This document shows positions 1 through 8,963 of a stretch of DNA of 64,000 nucleotides, in pieces. Where the stretch lies: positions 10,050 to 74,049 of the forward strand of contig CAVWXP010000008.1 in the NCBI GenBank assembly GCA_963759175.1, in the 5' to 3' direction. The DNA comes from an uncultured Acidimicrobiia bacterium. Lineage in GTDB: Bacteria; Actinomycetota; Acidimicrobiia; Spongiisociales; UBA5794. How positions within the stretch are numbered: the stretch's first letter is position 1; every line of letters starts with the position of its first letter. Under the pieces are notes generated by a model, which was not told the origin of the DNA, did no database searches, and was given only the letters and a program-made list of their open reading frames with translations. Both the position numbers and the translations under genes were made by a program.

Positions 1-354
1 GAACAGCCCTTGTGGCGCCAGTCGATCGGGGATTGCCAGCCCAGCGAGAGCGCGGCTAACAGATGCAACGAGACCCTTGTCCTCCGCAACTGCATTTGGA
101 ACCGCTTCGATCGGGAAGCCGTTCGTCCAGGTGAGCAGCTGCGGGATCAGATCGCTCGGTCCCCAACCCATCACGGTGGTGAGTCCCTGCGCATCGGTCG
201 CCTTGTCGACCAGCGAAGGGCCGATATAGCCCACTCCCTCGAAGTAGAGGCCCACCGAATCCGTGGAAACGATGGACGGGTCGTAGGTTACCTCGACCAC
301 CCACCACGCCCACGATGGATCGATACCAACGTCAGCTTTGACTTCCTCGGGCAC
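1..354 (-). CDS. hypothetical protein, partial (5' portion; 3' end beyond window start)
   Basis: Minus-strand frame is open from a GTG at 354 to beyond position 1 (VPEEVKADVGIDPSWAWWVVEVTYDPS...) and reads more protein-like than the overlapping listed ORFs 10..375(+) and 288..848(-). Confidence 0.3.
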   Translation of the reverse strand, partial: MPEEVKADVGIDPSWAWWVVEVTYDPSIVSTDSVGLYFEGVGYIGPSLVDKATDAQGLTTVMGWGPSDLIPQLLTWTNGFPIEAVPNAVAEDKGLVASVSRALAGLAIPDRLAPQGLF

Positions 355-690
355 CTGCGAGAGATCGAGCGGTAGCTGACGATACCTCGGTGGCTGCTCT
401 GCCCACGCTTGGGTCGCAGCAGCCGCGTCAAGCGTCCCCGACCGAGACGCGGAAGCGCGGCGAGTCGTCCCGCCTCAGACGCCTCAGGTGACACTGCCGC
501 AGCACGTCCGTAGATTTCCAGGTCACGAGCGATCTCAAGAAGCGCAGTCTGGGGCGTCGCGTTTCCCATCGCTGCTACTTCGAGGTCGGCTTTGATCGAC
601 TCGGGAAGACCCGCTGCGGGCTGTCCACTCGCGGATTCGAGTACAACGTGCCGAACAGGACCGGTTCGCCACTCGCTGTGTGCCTCACTG

Positions 691-1068
691 TTAGTGCAAC
701 GGTGTAGCGACCCTCGGCGCTGAGCGTAGCCCTGGCCAAGATGCGAACGTGAATTCTTCGCCCTCCACTGGGGCAGGCACATGGATAGCTGGTCCGGACC
801 GTTGGGGGTAGGAGCCTCGCTCATAGCTAACACCCACGGACTCTCCACTCCAGAAGGTCGTTTCGCTCAAGGGGCTGTCCGAAGCGGATTCGGCCACCAC
901 CTCCACGATCGCGGCAAAGGATGACTCGTCAAGGGCTGGCGGTGCTTCGTCCATGATCCCTTGCATGCGACTTGAGACCTCGTTGATAACCGCCGCGGTG
1001 GCAAGCAGGGCGAGCAGGGCTCCAATCAGCAGCAGCTGGTACTTCACGGTCACTCGTCGCACAGTCAT
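691..1068 (-). CDS. small membrane-anchored hypothetical protein (N-terminal TM helix)
   Basis: 125 aa ORF with one hydrophobic helix (LLLIGALLALLATAAV). Its start overlaps the stop of the upstream metalloprotease gene (ATGA at 1065-1068), suggesting co-transcription. Confidence 0.45.
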   Translation of the reverse strand: MTVRRVTVKYQLLLIGALLALLATAAVINEVSSRMQGIMDEAPPALDESSFAAIVEVVAESASDSPLSETTFWSGESVGVSYERGSYPQRSGPAIHVPAPVEGEEFTFASWPGLRSAPRVATPLH

Positions 1069-2198
1069 CGGTTCAACATCACGCGTGTCCGGTCAACCTT
1101 GACGTAGGTTGGGTACCCCGAGCCGTCGATCGGGCGCTCCATGTTGTTGTAGACCGCGACGCGAGTGTGCAATCGACCGTTCGTCCCACCGGTGTCCTGC
1201 CACATGACAGGTGTACTGCAGTACGACCAGTACGTACCGGGATAGCACGTGGTACTCACATCCACCCAGCCGCCAGGGGACAATGTCGAGTTGAGGTTGG
1301 CGCACGACGACACGATGTTGCCTTGGTACATGTGCCAGCGCGCGTAGAGGAAGAGCTTGACGTTTCCACTATCGATCGACGACGCTTTGCGGTAGTTGAC
1401 GCGGGCCTTCAAGTTGCCTGAAACCGTCCACGGGATGATGGTGCTGTTCTCGATTCGGGTATACCAGTGTTGGTTCTTGAAGAGGGCGTACCACGGCGAA
1501 CCGTCGGCGCCACCGCCAGACGATGAGGCATAGAAGCTCGGAGAACCGACCTGTGTCCACCACTCGAGATGGCCCGATTCGTTCTCCTCGAACGATGCGT
1601 TCGCAGTGATCGTGTCATAGCCACCCGAGGTCTCGAACTGTGAGGTGAGAGCCGCCTCGTCATCGTTCGAGAGGGTCTCCCTAGCGGTGCTCGTCACGCA
1701 CGTCGCCATTGTCGCCGGTCCGCCAGCGAATGCGTCGTCATCCCCAGAGTGACCGAGGCCGAAGGCGTGGCCCCACTCGTGCGCAGCAACCTGGGTCAGC
1801 GTGAGCGGATTCGCTGGGTCGTTGTATGCCGAGAGCTTCTGGGTGTTGAACTCGATGTTGTGGACTACGAAGCAGACGGTTCGGGCGTTGCTTGTAGAGC
1901 CGAGGTCTTGCCATCGAGCAGTCCACGATTGGCCACCCTTCGTGATCAGCCAGCCCCCGTTGTACCGCTCAACGTCGTGCGCCCATGCATAGAAGCCGTC
2001 CTCGAACTCGCCCTTCAGGGCCGGGTAGGTATTCCACTCGCTGCCGTTGTACGCCCATGTCGACGTCTGAAGGTCTCCGCAGGGACTTGACCCGTAGGTG
2101 ACGATGTCAGGGTTCGCGGCTGACGCAGCACCGCCAGTGACGACTGTTAGAACCACCATCAGCACCACCGTTGGTGCAATGTCCCTTAGGTTCCGCAA
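1065..2198 (-). CDS. secreted matrixin-like (M10/metzincin) zinc metalloprotease with C-terminal beta-rich domain
   Basis: Signal-peptide-like N-terminus. HEWGHAFGLGHS matches the metzincin HExxHxxGxxH(S) motif, followed by a Met-turn-like GGPATMAT. About 190 aa C-terminal extension. Confidence 0.8.
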   Translation of the reverse strand: MRNLRDIAPTVVLMVVLTVVTGGAASAANPDIVTYGSSPCGDLQTSTWAYNGSEWNTYPALKGEFEDGFYAWAHDVERYNGGWLITKGGQSWTARWQDLGSTSNARTVCFVVHNIEFNTQKLSAYNDPANPLTLTQVAAHEWGHAFGLGHSGDDDAFAGGPATMATCVTSTARETLSNDDEAALTSQFETSGGYDTITANASFEENESGHLEWWTQVGSPSFYASSSGGGADGSPWYALFKNQHWYTRIENSTIIPWTVSGNLKARVNYRKASSIDSGNVKLFLYARWHMYQGNIVSSCANLNSTLSPGGWVDVSTTCYPGTYWSYCSTPVMWQDTGGTNGRLHTRVAVYNNMERPIDGSGYPTYVKVDRTRVMLNR

Positions 2199-2279
2199 GC
2201 GTGCTCACCAACCCTTCGCCGATGATTGCAGAGTGCTCGAGCACATCAGGGTTGTCAATGACCATTTGCACCTAGTCAT

Positions 2280-2311
2280 GGCACCCTTGCGAAGCTGGTC
2301 GCAAGGGTGCC
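2280..2311. repeat. perfect 13-bp inverted repeat (GGCACCCTTGCGA-N6-TCGCAAGGGTGCC) hairpin
   Basis: Seen directly in sequence between the metalloprotease start and the IS remnant. No T-tract follows. Confidence 0.6.
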
Positions 2312-2406
2312 TCCGATCGTCCTTGGTCGAGCTTGCTTCCGCGGCTCAGTCCCGACTGGACTCGTCACCTCGACGCCAGGTTCGCTAGCTGTGACAACCG
2401 AAGACG

Positions 2407-2990
2407 TTGTCCCTGCCTGGATGGAGTGAAGGGGAGCCCTCCGAACGAGACTGTGGGTTGACGGACTCACAACTCGAAGGAAGGCTCGCCCACGGTAGGT
2501 CTCTGCATCCGAATACGCCTCTCACGGTGGAGGGACGTCGTCGGATGATGCGTTGTATCACGGATCGTGGCTGGTCGGTGACCGCGACAGCCGAGCGGTT
2601 CCAGGTCGATGCCAAGACGGTGCGGAAGTGGCGGGACCGGTGGCTGTTTGACGGCGATGCTGTGTTGTGGGATCGATCGTCTCGGCCACGGCGGTCACCG
2701 AACCGCACACCGAGGCACCTGCGACGTCGGGCGCTGCATCTTCGCTCCAAACGCGGTGGAGTGCTGACCACGTCGAGGTCGGGTTGGCACCCTCGACCGT
2801 GCAAAAGATCCTCAACAGTGCCGGTATCGGTCGTCTGGATAGTGGAGACCGGGCCACGCGGCGTGAACCCGTACGCCGGTATCAACGAGAACACCAGGTG
2901 AGCTCATCCACGTTGACATCAAGGAGCTCGCCGGGATCCCACACGGCGGCGGATGGCGCACGAGAGGACGCGGCTACCCCGGTGAAGGCG
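2407..2990 (+). mobile_element. IS481-family transposase remnant (N-terminal half, in three reading frames; truncated)
   Basis: Frame 1 gives MRCITDRGWSVTATAERFQVDAKTVRKWRDRWLFDGDAVLWDRSSRPRRSPNRTP, typical of the IS481 Tnp N-terminus. Frames 2/3 give PVRRYQREH and GELIHVDIKELAGIPHGGGWR, then homology stops. No terminal inverted repeats identified. Confidence 0.65.
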
Positions 2991-3001
2991 CCAGGGTCCG
3001 C

Positions 3002-3898
3002 ATGGTCGGTGATTCTCAGTCCGACATTGGATCGGACGGTTCAGGCCAAGCACCAGCGGCAGAGGGAGGGCACGACGCTCGCTACAACGCCGCAACCGGA
3101 GTCCAGCATCGTTGTGGTGTTCTTGGAGATCGGTCCGACCGAAGACCGGATGCTGCTGTCGAGATGCTCCGATCTCGCCCCGAATCCGTCGAGCTGCTCG
3201 CGGTGACTACCACGGAAGCGGAGGCAGAGATCCGGGCGGGTATGCCACCTGGAGAGCCGATGTGGAGCGACGGACCGGGATTGGTCGCCTCCGTGCGGAT
3301 CCGTGTCGACACTGATGCCGATGCCAACACGCTGATCAAGTATGCCGCCGACCTCCAGGGTGTCTCGTGGGCTGATGCCTATGTCGGCGCGATCGACGCG
3401 TACCCGCCGTGGAGCTACCAGGGATCAACCGTCGTCGAGTACGACGTGACCACGACGACATCCGTCGGCCCCGTAGCAACCGAGGCAGACCTCCCCTCGA
3501 TAACCCTCAACGCATTCGGCGGCAGCGAATCGGTCAACCTGTCGGAACTTGAACGGCCTCTGCTGATGGTGCTGTGGGCACCGTGGTGTGTCCCATGCAA
3601 CTCGCAGGTCGCGGTCGTCGAACAAGTCGCTGCCGCTCGCCCGGGCCTGAACGTGGTCGGGGTCGCCGTCGAGACAACGGGAACCGTGCCGGCAACGTGG
3701 GCCGATGATCTCGATTCATGGCTTTCTGAGTGGCAACCCACATATCGGAACTACCAAGACGACGGCGAGCTGTGGGCCGCGCTCGATGCATACGGCCTAC
3801 CTGTCGTGGTCCTCGTCCAACAGGGCGACGCCGCTCAGCTCATCCCCGGCGAACTCACCACCGATGAGCTACTGCGGGAGATCGACGAACGATCGTAG
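3002..3898 (+). CDS. TlpA/ResA-like thiol:disulfide oxidoreductase (thioredoxin fold); N-terminus possibly replaced by IS-derived sequence
   Basis: C-terminal about 140 aa has LWAPWCVPC (WCxxC) in thioredoxin-like context. The ORF starts inside the IS481 remnant and lacks a signal peptide or membrane anchor. Confidence 0.5.
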   Translation: MVGDSQSDIGSDGSGQAPAAEGGHDARYNAATGVQHRCGVLGDRSDRRPDAAVEMLRSRPESVELLAVTTTEAEAEIRAGMPPGEPMWSDGPGLVASVRIRVDTDADANTLIKYAADLQGVSWADAYVGAIDAYPPWSYQGSTVVEYDVTTTTSVGPVATEADLPSITLNAFGGSESVNLSELERPLLMVLWAPWCVPCNSQVAVVEQVAAARPGLNVVGVAVETTGTVPATWADDLDSWLSEWQPTYRNYQDDGELWAALDAYGLPVVVLVQQGDAAQLIPGELTTDELLREIDERS

Positions 3899-3915
3899 CC
3901 CTGCCGCGAACGCCA

Positions 3916-4455
3916 TCACGCGCCATCTGGTGAGCCTCGGCGTCCACTGGCGGCGTAGCGTGTGGATGCGCCGTGGCAGCGCTTGTACTTGTCGCCGGAC
4001 CCGCACGGACACGGTTTGTTGCGACCGATCTTGGTACCGGGTCGAGAAGGCAGGCCTGACATCTTCTGAGTGGCCTCAAGCTGCCGTTCACGGACCTCAA
4101 CCTCGTACTCGGCTCGTCGAAGCTGCTCGCTCCACCTGACAAGCCGCTCCTCACCTTCGGCGAGCATCCGCTCTCGCCCGTCGAGCGCTTCTTCCCGTTC
4201 GTCGAGACGACGCTCAGCCCGCTCCAGAAGCGGCAGCGCATCATCGCCATCGCCCGCAGACACCAGCTCACCATTGATCAACTCGGCAATCGCCCGACCC
4301 ATCGAAACCCCGACCAGGTGGCAATAGCGCTTCCAGGTCGACCACACCGCCTCTCTGACCGGAACCCGCACCATCCGGTACCGCTCATCACGACCGAGCC
4401 CCGCTAACAGCTTCCGATCCAATCTCGCCAATGTGCCACGGTTGAGGTCCATCAC
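3916..4455 (-). CDS. SEC-C motif (SecA C-terminal-like zinc-binding) protein with coiled-coil region
   Basis: C-terminal [21 protein letters not shown] matches the SEC-C metal-binding motif. The central region is Arg/Glu-rich coiled coil. Confidence 0.55.
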   Translation of the reverse strand: MMDLNRGTLARLDRKLLAGLGRDERYRMVRVPVREAVWSTWKRYCHLVGVSMGRAIAELINGELVSAGDGDDALPLLERAERRLDEREEALDGRERMLAEGEERLVRWSEQLRRAEYEVEVRERQLEATQKMSGLPSRPGTKIGRNKPCPCGSGDKYKRCHGASTRYAASGRRGSPDGA

Positions 4456-4468
4456 CTCCGCCTCACCC

Positions 4469-4482
4469 GTCTACATGTAGAC
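4469..4482. promoter_or_regulatory. perfect 14-bp palindrome GTCTACATGTAGAC, 14 bp upstream of the SEC-C gene start
   Basis: Seen in sequence; candidate operator. Confidence 0.4.
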
Positions 4483-5067
4483 ATCGGGCAACTTGTTGCA
4501 CGTGCGTGTGGTTTTGGAGGGTGGCAGGCGCGCATCGCGATCGCGATCCGGGATGCGCTGGCGAGTCGACTGCTGGGCTGATGCGGTTGGTGTGACATCG
4601 GGTTCCTTTGTCGCGATTGGCTAAGTGCTCATCGTGGAGTAGGACCCTGTCATCTCGTGACCATTCGCCGCGACCGTCGGGGATCGAGGGGATGTCCGGA
4701 CACCGTTGGGGCGCTTGGTGAAGTGCTCTGGGCGCTCTCGACGTCCACGAGGATGCTCGCAACAACCGATACGAACGTTCCTGGCTGTCCAACCGCCACG
4801 AGGCCGTGACGGCCTGTTTCAACGCTCGCGACGGCCGGGGCTCCGGCATCCGCGGACGCATCCAGCTCCGTCGTTGCGCGTGCGACCCCTTTCCGCAGAG
4901 TGTCAGGAGACCTGTCGCGAACCTTCCAACTCGAACGTTCGGCGAGCCTTGAGGCCTACCCAGCGAGGTTGCCGGAGCGTTGGGCGGCGAACCCGCCGAC
5001 CCCGATTCTCTGTCAATGAGCGTCGAGTTGGAGGGTTGCTGACACTCTGGCGACAGGGTCATCCGGC

Positions 5068-6183
5068 ATGGTCGCCACAGAGAACGCGTCGAAGGGACGT
5101 GAGGTGGCTTCGATCCGCAGAGTTGTTCACCGGACCGGTCGCACGTCGTGGCAGGCCCGGTGGAGGGACCCCACCGGGGCGCAGCGGTCGAAGAACTTCG
5201 GTCGTCGTATCGACGCTGAACGGTTCCTCGTTACCGTCGAGGCCCGCAAGCTCGCCGGCACCTACATCGACCCCGGTGCAGGACGTGTCCGCCTCGGCGA
5301 CTTCACTGAACAGGCCACCTCGGGGTGGGTGAACCGACGCGACTCGACGAAAGCCCGCGACGAGTCGTATCTGCGCAGCCTCGTCCTCCCCGCCTTCGCC
5401 GACATGCCGATCGGCGCCATCGGTGTCTTCGACGTCCAGGAATGGGTGGGGGACCTCGACGCCGACGGGTACGCCCCAGCCACCATCCGCAAGGCCCACC
5501 AGCTGCTCGGACGAATCCTCAACGACGCGGTCAGCGGCGGAATCATCGCCGCCAGCCCGTGCCGCAACATCACCCTGCCCAGGATCGAAGACACCGAGAA
5601 GCGGTTCCTCTCCCCCGACGAGATCACCCACCTCGCCGACACCATCGATCCCCGCTACCGAGCCCTCGTCATCACCGCCGCGTACACCGGGTGCCGCATC
5701 GGGGAACTCATCGCCCTCGACACCGACCGCTACCAACCCGACCAGCAGATCATCCGCGTCGAACGATCACTCGCCGAGGTGCGCGGGCACCTCCGCTTCG
5801 GGCAACCCAAAACCGCAGCCGCCCGCCGCGCCGTGTCGCTACCGCACTGGCTACCCGACGTGATCGACCGGCACCTGGCGGACTATCCGCCCGGACCCGA
5901 CGGCTTGCTGTTCACCGCCTCCGAAGGCGGGCCCATCCGCCGCAACGCCTTCCGATCCCGCGTCTGGCTCCCCGCCGTCGACGACTCCGTCGGTGAGCCG
6001 ATGCGGTTCCACGACCTGCGCCACAGCCACGTCGCCCTCCTCATCGCCCAAGGTGCCCACCCGGCCGTGATCGCCTCCCGCCTCGGGCACACCAGCGTCA
6101 AGACCGTCCTCGACGTCTACGGCCACCTCTACGAAGGCCTCGACCGCAACGCCGCCGACACCCTCGACCCGCCCTGGGACTGA
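5068..6183 (+). CDS. int: tyrosine-type site-specific recombinase/phage integrase
   Basis: Catalytic-domain motifs RFHDLRHSH and GHTSVKTVLDVYGHL. About 370 aa. Ends 98 bp from the 3' end of tRNA-Val. Confidence 0.9.
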   Translation: MVATENASKGREVASIRRVVHRTGRTSWQARWRDPTGAQRSKNFGRRIDAERFLVTVEARKLAGTYIDPGAGRVRLGDFTEQATSGWVNRRDSTKARDESYLRSLVLPAFADMPIGAIGVFDVQEWVGDLDADGYAPATIRKAHQLLGRILNDAVSGGIIAASPCRNITLPRIEDTEKRFLSPDEITHLADTIDPRYRALVITAAYTGCRIGELIALDTDRYQPDQQIIRVERSLAEVRGHLRFGQPKTAAARRAVSLPHWLPDVIDRHLADYPPGPDGLLFTASEGGPIRRNAFRSRVWLPAVDDSVGEPMRFHDLRHSHVALLIAQGAHPAVIASRLGHTSVKTVLDVYGHLYEGLDRNAADTLDPPWD

Positions 6184-6188
6184 TCGTG

Positions 6189-6209
6189 ATGTGGACGCAA
6201 TGTGGACGC
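6189..6209 (+). repeat. tandem direct repeat 2x (A)ATGTGGACGC between int stop and the tRNA 3' end
   Basis: Seen in sequence; candidate arm-type integrase binding sites in the attachment region. Confidence 0.4.
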
Positions 6210-6280
6210 GACGCAACCGGCACCGCGACCAAGGAAGGGGATTGACCTAGGAAATCCAACAGCACAAGGGCTTCCGGTCG

Positions 6281-6352
6281 TGGGCGCTACTGGGATCGAA
6301 CCAGTGACCTCTGCCGTGTGAAGGCAGCGCTCTCCCGCTGAGCTAAGCGCCC
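6281..6352 (-). tRNA. tRNA-Val (anticodon CAC)
   Basis: Reverse complement folds as GGGCGCT acceptor stem, anticodon loop TTCACAC and GGTTCGATCC T-arm. CCA not encoded. Confidence 0.85.
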
Positions 6353-6432
6353 GAATGCATCGGCATTGTAGGTGCCTGCGCTCGTGCACCGGCACCGCCA
6401 CCGGGCAAGGTGCTGGCGACGAACCAGTCCTC

Positions 6433-7362
6433 CTACAGGTCGACGACCCGTCGGAATCCCAGGTGGCTCATGCCGGTATCGATCATCTGGGGTTGCCTCG
6501 CAGCCGGCCGATATCGGTAGCAGTACTGCGGCGTGCACAGGTGGCTGCCACCCTTGACGACCTTGCGGGGAATCGGGGTGCCCGGCATGTGTGGGTCGAG
6601 GCTGTCGTCGCGCAGCGCGCCCCTGGGATCGGGCGGCGCACAACATGATGGCTCCCCCACCAAGGAAGCGGGATCGTTCGTGTACCAGTCGTCGGTCCAC
6701 TCCCACGTGTTGCCGGTCATGTCGTGGAGGCCGTAGCCGTTCGGAGGAAACGACCCCACGGGCGAGGTCCGGATCCAGCCGTCGAGTTCGGTGTTTTCGA
6801 AGGGGAACGTCCCTTGCCACGTGTTGGCGAGCGGCGCCGACTCCTGGGGGTCGTCATCGCCCCAGGCGAATCGTGCACCGTCGAGACCTCCCCGGCACGC
6901 GTATTCCCACTCGGCCTCGGTCGGTAGCCGCCCTCCCGCCCATGCACAGAAGGCCGCAGCGTCCTCGTGGGACATGTGCACCACGGGATGGTCCTCGATC
7001 CCCGCGACGCTCGATCCCGGACCGAGGGGCCGGGACCAGCTCGCACCGGGCGTCCACCGCCACCACTGGCGGAAGTCGGTCAGCGGTACCGGGCCGCTCG
7101 TCATGGTGAACACGAGGGCACCCGGGGTGAGATCGGCGGGCGATGCACCCGGATACAACGAGGGGTCGAGATCTCGCTCGGCGACCGTCACGTAGCCTGT
7201 CGCTTCGACGAAGTCGGCGAATCGGGCATTGGTCACCGGGTACGGGTCGATGCCGAACGAGTCAACACGCAAACGTCGCACCGGCGCCTCGTCCGGGTAG
7301 AACTCATTCGATCCCATGGCGAACTCGCCACCATCGATGGGTATCGGATCGGGCTGTGTCAT
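6433..7362 (-). CDS. formylglycine-generating enzyme (FGE/SUMF1) family protein
   Basis: Motifs MTGNTWEWT, RGGS and C-terminal SHLCTPQYCYRYRPAAR (catalytic Cys pair). Confidence 0.85.
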   Translation of the reverse strand: MTQPDPIPIDGGEFAMGSNEFYPDEAPVRRLRVDSFGIDPYPVTNARFADFVEATGYVTVAERDLDPSLYPGASPADLTPGALVFTMTSGPVPLTDFRQWWRWTPGASWSRPLGPGSSVAGIEDHPVVHMSHEDAAAFCAWAGGRLPTEAEWEYACRGGLDGARFAWGDDDPQESAPLANTWQGTFPFENTELDGWIRTSPVGSFPPNGYGLHDMTGNTWEWTDDWYTNDPASLVGEPSCCAPPDPRGALRDDSLDPHMPGTPIPRKVVKGGSHLCTPQYCYRYRPAARQPQMIDTGMSHLGFRRVVDL

Positions 7363-7429
7363 CTCGCTCGCACGCTAGCCCGAGCGCTGGGGTGGTCGAC
7401 ATCGGTCGAGGCGTGGCGGTCAGCGACCT

Positions 7430-8851
7430 TCAACGGGGCACAGCCGTTCGGACGGCGTGGCCGACAGCCGCCCGTTTCGCCACCACCTGTTCACCTATCG
7501 CCTCCACCCTGCGGCCACGAATCCACTGCTTGGCGACCTTCGCGATACGAACGACGCGCTCAGATGCATATACGAGGGCGGCGAGGCTCAAGGGGAGCAG
7601 GATCCCGGTGACGACACCGGCGATCACCGACTCACGGAAGGCCTGCCACACCGCGATCGCCCAGGCAATGCCGAAGAACACGATCGCACCGGCTGGCTTT
7701 GCGGTGGCCTTCACCGCGGGTTCGACGGGCAGGAAGCCGATGGCACCGACGAGGAGGAGCGGCCAGATGTTGACCGTCAGCCCGACGAGGGCGAGGGGTA
7801 TCGCTACGAGCAGAACGAGGGCGCTGCGGATGAGGAAACCGACGAAACTCCCCGTGCCCATCTTGTGATAGACCTCGGCATCGGTCAGTCCCACACCAGA
7901 GAGGTCGCCATCGAGCTCCTCGGTTGCCGTCATGATCGCTGACTTGTCCGAGGCATCGACTCTCGCGAGATCGGCTGCGAGGAGATCGCGATCCGCTATC
8001 GACACCGGGGCGGCGGGGTCGGCGGCTTCTGATCTGAGCGTCACCTCGGCGGCGTGGGTCAGGGTCTTCGCCTCGTGCCAATCGGAGAAGTTGGGTGCAA
8101 CCCTGCGCAGGTACAACTCGATGTCGGCTGTCAGGCGCGCTACCGCATCGCGATTGTCCGGCGACGCTTGACCTTCTGGCGCGTACTGCTCGATCGATGC
8201 GTCGAGGTCGATCGGGGTCCCGGCGTTGATGAACACGTTCGACCGCAGCGCCGCCTTGTTCTCGTAGTGGATGCCGATCGGGAGGATCCGGATGCCAGCC
8301 GTCCCCTCCTGCCTGGCGCCGAGGGCGATGCGGGCCGCACCGGTCTTCACCGGGGCGATGGACGGGTCCTCCCTCGTGATGCCCTCGGGGAAGATCAACA
8401 GCGGTTCCCCTGCGGCCAGGGCTGCGTAGCACGACGCGAACATGTCCTTGTTCGACGAAGGACCCTTCTGCTCCTTGGGCTTGTGGACCGGTATGGCCCC
8501 GATCGCGTTCATGATCCAACCTGCGAAGGGCACCTTCCAGATCTTGTCGCGAGCGACGATGCGAGGGACCACCGGGGATGCATAGACCAGCAGGAACGGA
8601 TCAGCGAATCCGCCAAAGTGGTTCGACACAGCGAGCACGGGCGCCCCATCCGGTAGGTCGGCGCTGGTCGAAGCGAGAACCTCGACCCGCTCGTAGAGGA
8701 AGAACACCGCGAACGAGACCAGTCGCTTGATGAATCGGTCACGCCATCGCAGGTTCGAGCGAGCCGGTCGCCGTTCGTCGTCGTGCTCACCCATGGGCGA
8801 CCCGTTCGTGGATTCCGAGTCCCACCGCGATCGTCTCCTCACGCCGAGCAT
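7430..8851 (-). CDS. PlsC/LPLAT-family acyltransferase with C-terminal multi-TM domain
   Basis: NHFGGFADP (HxnD-like; the spacing is non-canonical) and IFPEGITRED (FPEGTR) motifs. Four hydrophobic helices in the C-terminal 150 aa. Confidence 0.6.
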   Translation of the reverse strand: MLGVRRRSRWDSESTNGSPMGEHDDERRPARSNLRWRDRFIKRLVSFAVFFLYERVEVLASTSADLPDGAPVLAVSNHFGGFADPFLLVYASPVVPRIVARDKIWKVPFAGWIMNAIGAIPVHKPKEQKGPSSNKDMFASCYAALAAGEPLLIFPEGITREDPSIAPVKTGAARIALGARQEGTAGIRILPIGIHYENKAALRSNVFINAGTPIDLDASIEQYAPEGQASPDNRDAVARLTADIELYLRRVAPNFSDWHEAKTLTHAAEVTLRSEAADPAAPVSIADRDLLAADLARVDASDKSAIMTATEELDGDLSGVGLTDAEVYHKMGTGSFVGFLIRSALVLLVAIPLALVGLTVNIWPLLLVGAIGFLPVEPAVKATAKPAGAIVFFGIAWAIAVWQAFRESVIAGVVTGILLPLSLAALVYASERVVRIAKVAKQWIRGRRVEAIGEQVVAKRAAVGHAVRTAVPR

Positions 8852-8963
8852 CGGCTTGTCGTCCGTTCCCTGTTCGCGCCTGAGTATGGCCCCCGCGACC
8901 GCGTTCCTCCACTCACGCGGGTGGTGTGCTCGGACCCATCACGTCGACGGGTACGATCGCTCC

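Noticed and set aside
10-848. Listed ORFs 10..375(+) and 288..848(-)
   Set aside because: Arg/Cys-rich, poor composition. A third minus-strand frame (from a GTG at 354 toward the window start) is far more protein-like, so these were treated as alternative-frame artefacts.
4936-4952. CGAACGTTCG palindrome as a possible LexA box
   Set aside because: Half-sites are adjacent (N0), not separated by 4 nt as in the TCGAAC-N4-GTTCGA consensus seen at lexA and recA.
5325-5996. 223-aa Arg/Pro-rich ORF (+)
   Set aside because: Lies entirely inside the integrase gene in another frame. Typical high-GC shadow ORF.
7632-8519. 295-aa ORF (-) within the PlsC-like acyltransferase gene
   Set aside because: Alternative frame of a gene with clear motifs. 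Arg-rich, low-complexity translation.
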